NCBI GenBank assembly: GCA_963826715.1 | Contig: CAWGYA010000008.1 | Location: 288,001 to 352,000 of the forward strand | DNA length: 64,000 nucleotides | Source of the DNA: Candidatus Bathyarchaeota archaeon | GTDB lineage: Archaea; Thermoproteota; Bathyarchaeia; Bathyarchaeales; Bathycorpusculaceae | Direction of reading: 5' to 3' | Part shown: positions 50,141 through 60,917 of the stretch, piece by piece | Layout: the number at the start of each line of letters is the position of its first letter | Numbering within the stretch: position 1 is the stretch's first letter | Made by a program: the position numbers and the translations under genes | The notes under the pieces: generated by a model | Databases searched by the model: none | What the model was told of the DNA's origin: nothing | Seen by the model: the letters and a program-made list of their open reading frames with translations, nothing else

Positions 50141-50966
50141 ACTTACAACCTCCATGTATTTCTGCGAGCACACTGCTTAACCGTTCCTCAGGAAGCATTG
50201 TACGTTGGCGCAGAATTAACTCGTCAAAATCAACTTGGTGACCATCAAATTCTGGTCCATCTACACAACCAAAGAGCATTTTTCCTCCGACTGTAACACG
50301 ACAGACCCCGCACATGCCCATACCGTCAATCATAATTGGTGTGGTAGTGACTATGGTCGGGATACCAAAGGGCTTGGTGATTTCACTGGCATCTTTCATA
50401 AGTATGACTGGCCCCATGACTACACAACGGTCAAACTTTTCTTTCTTAAGCAATTCAGGCAAAAAAGCTAAGCCCGTGTAGCCTCTACTGCCATCATCGG
50501 TAGCGATAATAACTTGATCACTATATTTTTGGGCTTCCTCTTCCATCATTATAAATTCCTCGCTTCGGGCACCGATGATTGTAGTCACATGATTCCCAGC
50601 TTCCTTCATTACTTTAGCCTGCAAAAGAAGCGGCGCAATCATAACGCTGCCCCCAATGCAAAGAACTTTCCCAAAGTTCTTAATCTCTGAAGGATTCCCC
50701 AACGGACCCGTAACGTTATCGATTTCTTCACCCATTTCTAGTTTTCCCAGGGACTGAGTCGATTTTCCGACTTCATGAAACGCAAACGAAATAGTACCTT
50801 TCACAATATCATAGCCACAGATGGTAAGAGGGATGCGTTCACCTGTTTTTCCATGTATAATCATCAGGAATTGACCTGCATTTGCTTTTGAGGCGATATC
50901 TGGTGCCTCAACTTCGAAAAGCACGATTTTGGGAACGAGCATGGTTTTACTGATTATCTTGTACAT
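50121..50966 (-). CDS. sudB: Nfn/Sud small subunit (PyrK-like FAD/[2Fe-2S])
   Basis: GQF, ERIPLTI, GPLGNP, MIDGMGMCGVCRV, CVDGPEFDGH. Confidence 0.92.
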   Translation of the reverse strand: MYKIISKTMLVPKIVLFEVEAPDIASKANAGQFLMIIHGKTGERIPLTICGYDIVKGTISFAFHEVGKSTQSLGKLEMGEEIDNVTGPLGNPSEIKNFGKVLCIGGSVMIAPLLLQAKVMKEAGNHVTTIIGARSEEFIMMEEEAQKYSDQVIIATDDGSRGYTGLAFLPELLKKEKFDRCVVMGPVILMKDASEITKPFGIPTIVTTTPIMIDGMGMCGVCRVTVGGKMLFGCVDGPEFDGHQVDFDELILRQRTMLPEERLSSVLAEIHGGCKCGRNKA

Positions 50967-52177
50967 TCTGCTTTAGCCTCCACTTTCGATTCCTGTTTAG
51001 GTAACTTGGAGATTTTCTGATAGAAATCATTCAGCGCTTTTTGGAATTCACCTTGACACCGCGGAGATTCTTCATAAAGTTCGAAACGTTCCAAAAGCCC
51101 TTTCTTTTTTAAAACATCAAGCAACACACCCAAGTTGCGCTCAGCAGTATCTCTTCCTTCTTGGAGTTTACAATCTTTAGATGCACAAACCACAGCTATT
51201 ACACCGTCAAATCCGCAATCAAAAGCGTTGACTACATGGACTGGGTCGAGGGATTTGAAGCATGGAACCTCAAGTGCCATAACGTTTTTCCCTACAAAAA
51301 CATCGGTAGGGTTATCGAGCGCCGAAAACTCAGACCACTGGCAGATGAAAGCCAAAACAGCAGGTTTATCTAATTTGGCTTTAAGTTGTTCTGCAACTGC
51401 GTTGTAGCGGTTAAGCACATTCTCGAACTCGAAACCTTTAACTTGAATAGCCTTGTGTTGACAAACTAGCTGACACGCACCACAACCGACACATTTTTCC
51501 TGATCCACTTTTGGGGTGGCGAATGATTCAAACTTGATTGCGTCATAAGGACAGATGAAGACACATTTATCACAACCCACACATTCAAGAACATCATAAA
51601 CAGCCTTGCGGCTGAACTTAATAATTCTCACAGCATTTTCGTCGTAACCAAGCTGTTTAAGAACATTGCGCGCCAAAACCAGCCGGCGTGTGTTGATTTT
51701 AGTGCCTTCTTTATAGCGGCAAAAAGGATCTTCACATTGGATTGAAACAATATTTTTTATGCCCATATTTAGGGCTGCAAAGATAAAATCGGTTGGGACT
51801 CGGCCTGCACATGGCAATCGAAGTGATATATAATTATCAGCGCTTAGCCCTTGGTCGTCAAGGATATCCTTGACTTCACCTGTGTTAGGAGAGTTCCCTC
51901 TACACATTAAAACTAATGTTTCTGAGCTGGGGACTTTTGTTTGGGCTTCTTTGAGGTACTCTGTTAAGTTATCGTAGGTATAGTACTGCATTTTTATTGC
52001 TGAAGCTGGACAAGCACTATAGCATATGCCGCATACTTGGCATTCCTCTATATTAATGTCCACTTTGCCTGAGGAGTCACGTTTTATGGCTTCATACGGA
52101 CAAATCGATTGGCAAACATAACAACGACTGCATAAATCCTGATTAACCTCGACTACGGCGAGACATTTTTCACTCAT
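50954..52177 (-). CDS. Tandem [2x4Fe-4S ferredoxin + MvhD/FlpD-like] x2 protein
   Basis: Four CxxCxxCxxxC motifs in two pairs; LMC...LPCAGRV...C....C.YKEG and FICQWS...VPC..SLDP...GFDGV...C....C...EG. Confidence 0.88.
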   Translation of the reverse strand: MSEKCLAVVEVNQDLCSRCYVCQSICPYEAIKRDSSGKVDINIEECQVCGICYSACPASAIKMQYYTYDNLTEYLKEAQTKVPSSETLVLMCRGNSPNTGEVKDILDDQGLSADNYISLRLPCAGRVPTDFIFAALNMGIKNIVSIQCEDPFCRYKEGTKINTRRLVLARNVLKQLGYDENAVRIIKFSRKAVYDVLECVGCDKCVFICPYDAIKFESFATPKVDQEKCVGCGACQLVCQHKAIQVKGFEFENVLNRYNAVAEQLKAKLDKPAVLAFICQWSEFSALDNPTDVFVGKNVMALEVPCFKSLDPVHVVNAFDCGFDGVIAVVCASKDCKLQEGRDTAERNLGVLLDVLKKKGLLERFELYEESPRCQGEFQKALNDFYQKISKLPKQESKVEAKAECTR

Positions 52178-52420
52178 CGTTAACCACTCAGCGTTCCAAT
52201 ATGCGATGCTTTAGCATAAATGCTAAAAGCCTTTACCGCAAAGAGGTTTTTTGAACGATATAATCCTTACTCTGAAAAATGTGAAAATCCCTTATATAGC
52301 CCAGGTTTACCAAACGTAATATTTACTGTATTTTGAGTAAAAAAAATCCGCCGCAGATTTTACAAAATTCAAATATCAAGATTAAACAAATGCTGCCAAA
52401 TTTAAGAAATCTTTAGACTC

Positions 52421-53362
52421 TTATTTCTTGTAGTATGGGCGACGAATAAATGCGTAGGCCTCTAGAGCCGATGTAATACCTTGACCCACGGCGGTCCCAA
52501 CCTGCTTTACGGGATGATTGGTCACATCGCCCGCACTAAAAACACCAGGTAAGTTGGTGTGTTGGCGTATGTCGATTTTAATGTAACCATGGTCATCAAC
52601 TTTAATACCACTTTCGATTGCGAGTTGGCTGTTTGGAGCTTCGCCGACCTGAACAAACACAGCATCCACTTCGAGTTCAACGGTTTTTCCTGAAGCGTTA
52701 TTGATTAAACTCACGGAGCGTACTTGTTTATCACCTTTAATTTCTTGAATCTCCGTGTTCCAGAGAATATGCACATTGGGTTTACTGGTTATGTCTTTAA
52801 CAAGAGTTTCTTCTGCTCTAAACGTTTCGCGCCTATGAACTACCGTTACCTGCGAAGCCAAGCCAGAAAGGTACAAGGTAGTGATACAGGCTGAGTTACC
52901 GCCGCCCACAACAAGTACATTTTTTCCCTTAAAGAATGGTCCATCGCAGACGCCACAATAACTAACCCCTCTGCCCTTGAAGGTAGCTTCCCCCTTGGCT
53001 CCTATTTCCTTGTAATGCGAGCCAGTTGCGATAATAACGGCCTTGGCTTGGTAGTTTGACGAGGTAGTGGTTACTGTTTTTGCTTCGGCTTGAAGACTTA
53101 AGGCAGTAACGGCTTCGATATCGTGGATGATGGCACCAAGTTTACGCGCATGCTCCGTCATTTTTTGAGCAAGTTCACCACCGCTAATTTCAGCAAAGCC
53201 TGGGTAGTTGACGATGGTCGGGGCGTCGCTAATAGTTCCGCCTGCAAATTTTTCATCCAAAACCAATGTTTTGAGTCCACTTCGGACAGCGTAAATAGCT
53301 GCGGCTAAACCTGCTGAACCAGCGCCAATAATAATGACATCCAAATTTTCCAAAGTAATCAT
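52421..53362 (-). CDS. trxB: Thioredoxin reductase
   Basis: GAGSAGL, NYPGF, GVSYCGVCDG, VGGGNSA, HRRETFRA, FSAGDV. Confidence 0.95.
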   Translation of the reverse strand: MITLENLDVIIIGAGSAGLAAAIYAVRSGLKTLVLDEKFAGGTISDAPTIVNYPGFAEISGGELAQKMTEHARKLGAIIHDIEAVTALSLQAEAKTVTTTSSNYQAKAVIIATGSHYKEIGAKGEATFKGRGVSYCGVCDGPFFKGKNVLVVGGGNSACITTLYLSGLASQVTVVHRRETFRAEETLVKDITSKPNVHILWNTEIQEIKGDKQVRSVSLINNASGKTVELEVDAVFVQVGEAPNSQLAIESGIKVDDHGYIKIDIRQHTNLPGVFSAGDVTNHPVKQVGTAVGQGITSALEAYAFIRRPYYKK

Positions 53363-53486
53363 TCCTCTGTTAGGAATATTTGAAGTGCGCAGTTTATGAA
53401 TTGTTCGATGTTTTGGTTAGGTTTTGGTTTTTCCAATAAGCTGATAAGGGTGAAAACAAATAGTTACCTGTTTTTGGGGGACAGTT

Positions 53487-55253
53487 ATGTCTAAGTATCG
53501 GTGCACAGTCTGCAACTGGGTTTATGATGAAGCAAAAGAGAAAGTAAAGTTTTCAGATTTACCTCCTGAGTGGGTTTGCCCCATTTGTGGCGCCCCTAAA
53601 TCTGCCTTTGTGCTTCTATCTCAAACACAGGAAAACCAGATTGACAAGAAAGTGGAACAAACGGTCAGCGACGTGCTCATTAACCAAATCGCGTCCTGGG
53701 GAGTCAAATTTGTCTTCGGTATCCCAGGCACCTCAACCCTGGGCATCGTAGAGGCTATCCGTAAAACTGAAGGAAAGGTCAGATACATTCAAGTACGCCA
53801 CGAAGAAGCAGCTGCATTTATGGCTTCGGCGTATGGCAAACTAACTGGTCATATAGCAGCGGTTCTCGGGATTTCAGGTCCAGGTGCCACAAACCTTGTT
53901 ACAGGACTCTATGATGCACAACTTGACCATGCACCCGTTTTAGCGTTAACAGGTATGGTTCCAAGAAAACTAATTGGAAAAGGCTCTCTACAGGAAATTG
54001 ACCAACAAGCCTTCTTTGATCCACTCACAGTCTATAACAAAACGCTCATGACCGAAGACCAAACCACCTCATTAGCAACCCTCGCTATCAAACATGCACT
54101 GTTAGACCAAGGGGTGGCTCATATCGGCATCCCAAACGATGTACAAAAGCTGCCTTATGAAGCAGAGATTTTATCGTTTGAAGGTAGAATGCCCAACATG
54201 GCATATGGACAGGAAGACTGGGCGATTGAAAAAGCTGCCAAAACGATTGACACCGTTGAACGTCCAGTGATTCTGATGGGTTTCGGTTGCAGAGGACAAG
54301 GCACAAAGCTACTCGCGTTTGCATCAAAAATCGGAGCACCGATTATCTCGACCTTCCGAGCAAAAGGTTTTGTGGACGATTCAGAGCCACTTTATGTCGG
54401 CTGCCACGGCGGCGTAGGTTCCACTGCTGCGGGGGAACTAATGGAGAAAACCGATCTACTCATCGCAATTGGGTCATCTTTCGCAGATCTATCGCAAATT
54501 CCAAAGAAACGTTTGGTACAAATCGACATTAATCCATTGATGCTTGCTCGTCGCTATCCTGCAGAAGTCGGACTTTTGGGCAACAGCGCCGTTTTGATTC
54601 CTAAATTAACCCAGAAAGTAAGTAGAAAAAACAACGCCGCTTATTTGTCCGAGGTTGAACGACTAAAACAAACATGGGAAAAACAACTGGAAAGGGAAGC
54701 TGACGCTTCGGCCAAACCCATTAGGCCACCCTTTATCATGAAGGTGCTCACCGAAAAAATCGCTTCTGATGCAGTGATTTCACTTGATGTGGGCGAGAAC
54801 TGCTGGTGGTTTGGACGTAACTTCCGCATGAAACGCACCCAGAAGATGGTTATGAGCGGCACTTTGGCCACTATGGGTTTTGGCTTACCGGGAGCATTGG
54901 CAGCAGCATTCGCATACCCAGAGCGACAAATAGTGTGCATAACTGGTGACGGCGGCTTAACGATGATGCTGGGTGACTTCTTAACAGCGCACAAATATGG
55001 TTTGCCCATTAAGGTATTTGTTATCAACAACAAACATTTGGGGATGATTATGCAGGAGCAGAAAGTAGAAGGCTACAAAGACTGGCAAACCGATCTGCAT
55101 GATTTCAGCTTCGCCAACTTCGCAGAGAATTCAGGAGGTTTAGGCATCAAAGTAGTTGAACCTACAGATTTACCAAAAGCAGTGGATAAGGCGCTGAAAT
55201 CTGATAAACCCACAATTGTAGACATAGATACCGATCCAAGGCGTTTCCCATAA
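53487..55253 (+). CDS. Rubredoxin fused to TPP-dependent pyruvate-oxidase-like enzyme
   Basis: CTVCNWVY...WVCPICG; [32 protein letters not shown]...NN. Confidence 0.9.
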   Translation: MSKYRCTVCNWVYDEAKEKVKFSDLPPEWVCPICGAPKSAFVLLSQTQENQIDKKVEQTVSDVLINQIASWGVKFVFGIPGTSTLGIVEAIRKTEGKVRYIQVRHEEAAAFMASAYGKLTGHIAAVLGISGPGATNLVTGLYDAQLDHAPVLALTGMVPRKLIGKGSLQEIDQQAFFDPLTVYNKTLMTEDQTTSLATLAIKHALLDQGVAHIGIPNDVQKLPYEAEILSFEGRMPNMAYGQEDWAIEKAAKTIDTVERPVILMGFGCRGQGTKLLAFASKIGAPIISTFRAKGFVDDSEPLYVGCHGGVGSTAAGELMEKTDLLIAIGSSFADLSQIPKKRLVQIDINPLMLARRYPAEVGLLGNSAVLIPKLTQKVSRKNNAAYLSEVERLKQTWEKQLEREADASAKPIRPPFIMKVLTEKIASDAVISLDVGENCWWFGRNFRMKRTQKMVMSGTLATMGFGLPGALAAAFAYPERQIVCITGDGGLTMMLGDFLTAHKYGLPIKVFVINNKHLGMIMQEQKVEGYKDWQTDLHDFSFANFAENSGGLGIKVVEPTDLPKAVDKALKSDKPTIVDIDTDPRRFP

Positions 55254-55415
55254 AATTAAGACATCCGATACTTAACTAAAAATAGAGCAGTAAGCAAACA
55301 TAAAATTTTAGAAGCCTTGGGGTAAGGTGAGGGTGTAAGTCCCTCTCTTGTTCTTAAAACAAGAAAGGCTTTTGGGCCTTATAAGTCATATTTCGATTTT
55401 CGTAATATCAAAGAT

Positions 55416-55850
55416 TTAAGGTTTAGGCCACGACCTTCCTGGTTCCTGTGTGCTACTCGGCACCGAGAGGTGCATCTGAACCCATAACCACTTACCGTTG
55501 CGTTTCTCTATAACTCCTGTTAACCTTGTAGCTAAATCAAACTTACCTTCACCGACTTTACCGTGGAAAGTAATATCTGCCGAGAACCACGCAACATAAC
55601 CAGCGGCAGAAACCAAAAAATCCTTGACACCAATTGACAGCACCGTACCCTGAGCCCAATCCCGCTTAAGGCTCTCAGTGAGCTGAGTTAATCCTAAACC
55701 TTTTTCGTCCGCGCCTGAACCGAGGGCAAAAACATCTGAATCAGGTGCCCAAAACGAAAGTGTCGCTGGGAGATCTTGTTTTTTGTACGCTTCAAACATC
55801 CCTTTGAAGGCTTGGGTTACTTCAGCTTGAGTTTTCGGGTCTGCTCTCAT
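55416..55850 (-). CDS. SnoaL/NTF2-like protein
   Basis: VAWF, RLTGVIEKRNGKWLWVQMHLSVP. Confidence 0.85.
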   Translation of the reverse strand: MRADPKTQAEVTQAFKGMFEAYKKQDLPATLSFWAPDSDVFALGSGADEKGLGLTQLTESLKRDWAQGTVLSIGVKDFLVSAAGYVAWFSADITFHGKVGEGKFDLATRLTGVIEKRNGKWLWVQMHLSVPSSTQEPGRSWPKP

Positions 55851-56051
55851 GTTAATCTACTCATCAAGCGTTAGTGTTATTAACCTTTTAAATTTTGCCA
55901 ATAACCAAACCCTAAGATTATTTCATACCAAAATGTGAATCCGAGTCAGGATCTCAAATTTTAAGCCAATAAAAGTAACAATTCAATTTTAACCACTTTT
56001 TCATGTTCTCTATTTTGCTTTTAGAATCTCTCAAACAAAAAGAGATCATAA

Positions 56052-56336
56052 TTAAATAGCGAGAATCCGATGGATTTTTTCTTTGTCTGTGCCCTTGATA
56101 AGCAGTTTTTTCTCCCGGGATGTAAAACCAAAAACAAGCTCAACCTGTGAATGAAAAAGCCTTGTTAACTCCTTGATGATTTCCTTGTTCACTTTGCCTT
56201 TTTCTGGTTCCTGGGTAGCGTAGATAACAATTTCAGTAGAGTTTACTTCAATTTTAAAATTTGGACTGTTGGGTTTAACAAAAATAGAGAGTACAACGCC
56301 GTCTTTGGTTTCTTTGACGCTCAAGGCACTATGCAC
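56052..56336 (-). CDS. DUF167/YggU family protein
   Basis: VKPNS, PEKGKVNKEII, GFTSREK; true start may be TTG 56324 overlapping topoisomerase stop. Confidence 0.88.
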   Translation of the reverse strand: MHSALSVKETKDGVVLSIFVKPNSPNFKIEVNSTEIVIYATQEPEKGKVNKEIIKELTRLFHSQVELVFGFTSREKKLLIKGTDKEKIHRILAI

Positions 56337-58015
56337 TCAGATTCACAGACTTCTGTAGTTTTCTTTTGTTGGAGCGCCCAACTAAACTTGCTCCGGAGCG
56401 TTGTAGGGTAAAATTTTTCAATGTCAAACTTAACTTTTTTTGCCCACTTTACATATGCAGTGGGATCAATGTAGCTCTTTAGTGAAGTGCCAAGGTTATA
56501 CTCTCGAGTTAGTTTGGTAAGTTCGATGTCGAGTTTAGCGCGTTCAATACGGACTTGCAGCGACTCAACTTTCTTACCTTCTTTCTTCTTTACTTTGAGC
56601 TGCTGCTGGAGTTTATTGAGACTCTCCTCCTTTTTGGAAACCCGGGCGTCGAAAGTCGGGGGGATTTTGCGTTTGTGATTCGCTACTTCCGCAACTTTGA
56701 AGTTCGCCATCTTAGCGGCATACTTCTTTTTGTAGTCTGGGTCGGTTTTAGTTACGCCGCTTTTCTCCAATTCTTCCTTGACGGTTTTTGTGCAGCGCCA
56801 GGTACGGAAAACTTTGGCTGTAAGTTTTGGCATTCTTTCGCTTAGGAAGCGGCTAACTTTTTTACTGTCTATACCTTGAAAAAGATATTCCAATTTTGGG
56901 TCTGCTTCTTGCTCTGCTTTGAATTTCTTTATGTTTTGAATTACTATAGGTGGAGCTTTGTAGTCTTTTACCCATCTAACTGAGTCTTTACCAAGGAAGT
57001 CAAAGTGAAGTGTGTCAGCATTGATTGTAATATGCTCGGAGCGAAGCGTAATAGCGCCTACAGTGTCGGCTTCATCAGGATCCTTTTCGTCACCAACCCT
57101 CATGTTCGGCACTAAAATCAGCCATGAAACAGTTGCGACTTTACGACGGTCTTCCTCTTTTGAACTCAAATTCTTGAGAATATGAGCTTCTATTTGCTTG
57201 ATTTGCTTTCCCAAGATTTCTGCTTTCTTGAATTTCTCTTTTTCACGATTTTGTTTCAAAAAAGCCGTATCGCTGAACCAAACATACTTGACTTTGCCTG
57301 TAAGTTTATCAATCCATTTTGCCACGTACATTTTATTGGGTTCCCAAACAATATCTTTCCAATTGCCCTCTGGACGTGGCTCGATGAGGTTGCCATGCTT
57401 GTCTTTAGTTAAATTCAGGATAATATCTTCTTCACAGGGACCTTCTTTCCATTTGCCCCGCTGCGGATGATCACCACGTCCCGCAAAGAGGCAACTAGGC
57501 TCAGCAGTCCAGTTTGCAACTTCCAAACGTTGCCCATCCACTTCAGCGTAACCATATTTCTCTTTGAAGTCTAAGCGTTTTTCTTTGCGCTCTTCCGCCT
57601 GCTGCTTCTTCTCTTCTTTGGTCAGAGCTTCTTTCTTGGCTTTCTCTTCGAGAATAAAAGAAATAATTTCGGCGAAGTCTATTCCCCCGCTTTGGGCTTC
57701 ACAGCCTTTTACTGTTTGTGGCGCTTCTATACTTGTCAGGTAGCTTGGGATGAAATTGTCTAGGAATGCAGCTTTGGGGTTTTCTTCCTTGAGTTTTGTT
57801 AGGAATTCCCTCATGAAGTTTTTTGTAAAAACTGTGTCAGGCGGCGGTATTGTAGTTGAGAGGGTTCTGCGCGTCCAAGCCATCGCCATCATTTCGCTCT
57901 TCGGTAATAGCTTAACTTTTTGTCCAGCAATTTTGATACTGAAACCTTTATAATCATAAGGGGGAACATAAATGCCGTTGTGTTTTAGAGTTTTCATAAC
58001 GTGTTTCATAGCCAT
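56321..58015 (-). CDS. DNA topoisomerase IB (eukaryote-like)
   Basis: TLKHNG, GRGDHP.RGKWK, RVGDEKD, FDFLGKDS, LTAKVFRT, ANHKR, LGTSLKSYIDP catalytic Tyr. Confidence 0.95.
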   Translation of the reverse strand: MAMKHVMKTLKHNGIYVPPYDYKGFSIKIAGQKVKLLPKSEMMAMAWTRRTLSTTIPPPDTVFTKNFMREFLTKLKEENPKAAFLDNFIPSYLTSIEAPQTVKGCEAQSGGIDFAEIISFILEEKAKKEALTKEEKKQQAEERKEKRLDFKEKYGYAEVDGQRLEVANWTAEPSCLFAGRGDHPQRGKWKEGPCEEDIILNLTKDKHGNLIEPRPEGNWKDIVWEPNKMYVAKWIDKLTGKVKYVWFSDTAFLKQNREKEKFKKAEILGKQIKQIEAHILKNLSSKEEDRRKVATVSWLILVPNMRVGDEKDPDEADTVGAITLRSEHITINADTLHFDFLGKDSVRWVKDYKAPPIVIQNIKKFKAEQEADPKLEYLFQGIDSKKVSRFLSERMPKLTAKVFRTWRCTKTVKEELEKSGVTKTDPDYKKKYAAKMANFKVAEVANHKRKIPPTFDARVSKKEESLNKLQQQLKVKKKEGKKVESLQVRIERAKLDIELTKLTREYNLGTSLKSYIDPTAYVKWAKKVKFDIEKFYPTTLRSKFSWALQQKKTTEVCESECIVP

Positions 58016-58095
58016 ACCCCGTTCTGCAGCGAAGTTTTCTTTTTCTTGCCAACTAGTGCTGGAAGCTTAAAAACCTTAAGCAAATCATATAGTGA

Positions 58096-58506
58096 TTATT
58101 TGGGGAAAAGTGTTTTTTGCCGCTTCGTTGCGCGGTCACACTGTAACTTTCTATAAACCATCTCAACGTTTTTGCGTTCCACATAACCCTTGTGGGGACG
58201 AAAACCACCACTGAAACCACCCGGGATATGCATGAGCTCGTGAATAAGAGTTCGTTCCTTGTCCTCGGGAGACATTTTGTCGAAGATTTCCGAGATGACC
58301 TCGATAGTATAGGAAGGCGGCCGATTTAAAACGCCCTGCCAGATTTTCCCTAAGCCATGAATACGGGCGATGGTACGACGAGCTTTGGAGCCTCGACTGC
58401 GCACACAATAAACAAATTGGGGCACAACATGATAGAATTCGCATTCTTCAGCTAACTGGTCAACCTGTTTTTTTATTTCAGGCGCTTCAAGATATTTTAT
58501 CGGCAT
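58096..58506 (-). CDS. Putative zinc metallopeptidase
   Basis: LIHELMHIP HExxH motif, ARIHGL. Confidence 0.8.
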   Translation of the reverse strand: MPIKYLEAPEIKKQVDQLAEECEFYHVVPQFVYCVRSRGSKARRTIARIHGLGKIWQGVLNRPPSYTIEVISEIFDKMSPEDKERTLIHELMHIPGGFSGGFRPHKGYVERKNVEMVYRKLQCDRATKRQKTLFPK

Positions 58507-58588
58507 ACATCTCCCTCTCTTACGGTATCTATTGATTGCTTGAGATTAAAAAGTTAAGTGCTACCCTGGATTAAGTTTAGCATAAGGA

Positions 58589-59659
58589 TTAGCCGATCAA
58601 TTTGGCCGCATAGGGAATTTTTTTAACTAAATAGATAATGACGATGGTTAATGCAAAAGTGACAACTGTAAGTACAGGAACATCCACCAATGAAATGCCT
58701 GTGTAGGGCCACAGAAAGCCTAAAAGGCCCAATTGAAGAGACTCTAAAACCAAGATGTGGATGAGATAAATAGGCAATGTATTTTGCCCAATCCATCCAA
58801 CAAAACGTTTGATGATACGATTGCTACCCTCGAGCTTCTCTCTGGGGATGCGGATTAGAAACAGAAACAAGGCAGCGGATGCAACAATCATGTTAAGGCT
58901 TAGATAGCCATGAAAGTAGGAAGTATACGCCTCGCCATACCATGCAGTCACGTACCAGGCACCAAAAACAGCCACTAAGAATCCTACCAAACCTACCAAT
59001 AGAACTCGGGTAGTCCGTATCTTAGTTTTCAGAATATAAATTCCCAGAAGATAGTAGCCCGCCCAGTCAAACGACATAAACATGACGGGGTTAAAATCAA
59101 AAGTAGTGAATGTATGAATGAAGGGGACGCTAACAGCGCTGATTAACCATAGAACCATTAGAATGGTGAATTTCGATCGGTCAAGATGTTTAACTAGCAC
59201 CCGCAGAATAGGAGTCAGGATGTACAAACCAATTATCATGTATAGAAACCACAGAAGTGGATAGGAGCCAGAAAGCAATCCCTGCTCAACACTTTGAAGA
59301 GAAACTGGCAAATCATGAACGCCAAAGCTCCAAATAAAAAATAACAGTGACCAGAAAACCAGTGGTATCCCTACGCGGTTAAAACGTTTCTTATAAAACA
59401 TTGTTAAGGGTTCATCGGCTTTGTCGGGCGTTAAAAGCAAAAGTCCGCTTAGCATTACAAATATAGGCACCCCAAGATAGCCTATGGCACCATAAAAGTC
59501 GGCTGTGAACCAGTTAAGCGTGACTAGTTGGGTAACTTCGCCGGGAATTTTATAGGGGAACCCTGATGAGTGAACAAGAATAACCATTACGATGGCGATT
59601 GTGCGGACTGAGTTAACCGAGAAAGCAGCTACAGGTTTATTCTCAGGTTTATTTTCCAC
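58589..59659 (-). CDS. Acyltransferase-3 family membrane O-acyltransferase
   Basis: R.IAIVMVILVH, VPIFVMLSG, KKRF.R, LWFLY, IYLIH. Confidence 0.9.
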   Translation of the reverse strand: MENKPENKPVAAFSVNSVRTIAIVMVILVHSSGFPYKIPGEVTQLVTLNWFTADFYGAIGYLGVPIFVMLSGLLLLTPDKADEPLTMFYKKRFNRVGIPLVFWSLLFFIWSFGVHDLPVSLQSVEQGLLSGSYPLLWFLYMIIGLYILTPILRVLVKHLDRSKFTILMVLWLISAVSVPFIHTFTTFDFNPVMFMSFDWAGYYLLGIYILKTKIRTTRVLLVGLVGFLVAVFGAWYVTAWYGEAYTSYFHGYLSLNMIVASAALFLFLIRIPREKLEGSNRIIKRFVGWIGQNTLPIYLIHILVLESLQLGLLGFLWPYTGISLVDVPVLTVVTFALTIVIIYLVKKIPYAAKLIG

Positions 59660-59780
59660 ACATTCCCACCCTGATGATGCCCAGATACCTGGAGGCCATT
59701 ATTAATAAAATTAATGCAAAAACACAAAAAAACTGAAAGTAAAAAAAGAATTTTTTCAGTTTATCAGTCCGTAGAAATGT

Positions 59781-60838
59781 TCAACCAATGATTTTTTTCA
59801 CTATGGGAATCTTCCCCAATGGATAGATTATAAGTGCTGACAACGAAAATGTCAGGAATGCTAACATTGGAACATCAATTAGTGGGTTACTTGTATAGAT
59901 GGGTGTGATACCGAAGAGTCCTAGTTGTATGGTCTCTAAAACCATAACATGGATTAAGTAAATAGGAAGGGTATTCTGTCCAACCCAATGGATAAAACGG
60001 TTAACGAAGCCGTACCGACTCTCCGCTTTATTTTTAGGGAAGGGTAAAGAGCGTAAAAAGGGCGACGGATGAAATTATCATGTTGAAACTAAGGTAGCCA
60101 TGGAAAAAGCCCGTGTAATCTTCGCCGAATGAAGCAGTAACAAGCCAGTCACCCAAAATGGCCACTAACAAACCGAAGAGAAAGAGGATGTATAGCTTGT
60201 ATGGTCGCGTTTTAGCTTTAATAAGGTAAATACCTAAGATGAAGTAGCCCACCCAACCAACAATAATCACCATAACTGGATTATAATTGAAGTCAGTGAA
60301 TGTGTGAATAAGCGGCACTGCAACCGTTCCAGCAAACCAGATCACCAATAGGTACGTTAGCATTCTGTAATTGAGGTTTTTGACCAGAATACGCAAGAAT
60401 GGCGTGACAAGATATAAACCAATAAGCAAATACAGAAACCAAAGATGAGAGTAAGCACCTGAAATGAGACCTTCCGAGACACTGGCAAATGTAAGGGGTT
60501 TATTATGAATATAATAACTCCAAGCGAAATATGCTACCGTCCAAAATATAAGCGGCAACCCAATTCGATTGAACCGTTTTTTAAAAAACACTCGCAAGGG
60601 ATCATTAACTTTTACAGGATCCAAAAGCAAAGAACCGGTCAGCATGACAAAGAGGGGCACACCAAGATACCCAAACGCTGCCCAAACATCAGCTACAAAC
60701 CAGTTGAAGATAACTGTCGAATTGATTACACCTGGGATCCGATAAGGGAACTCTACAATGGAGAAGAATAACAAGAATTATCGATAAGAAACGGATTGAA
60801 TCAACTGGGAAAGCAACGTTGTTTCGCTCAGGTTGCAA
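59781..60838 (-). pseudogene. Paralogous acyltransferase-3 gene with two frameshifts
   Basis: Other frames supply N-term LQPERNNVAFPVDSIRFLSIILVILLH and C-term RFIHWVGQNTLPIYLIH...KIPIVKKIIG-stop, collinear with the intact neighbour; shifts near 60750 and 60045. Confidence 0.85.
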
Positions 60839-60917
60839 GCGTATTCACAGACGCTATTTCCTTTTGTTACAAAATGCTAATAAAACCTATGAAACAACAC
60901 CAAAAAACAAATTAACC

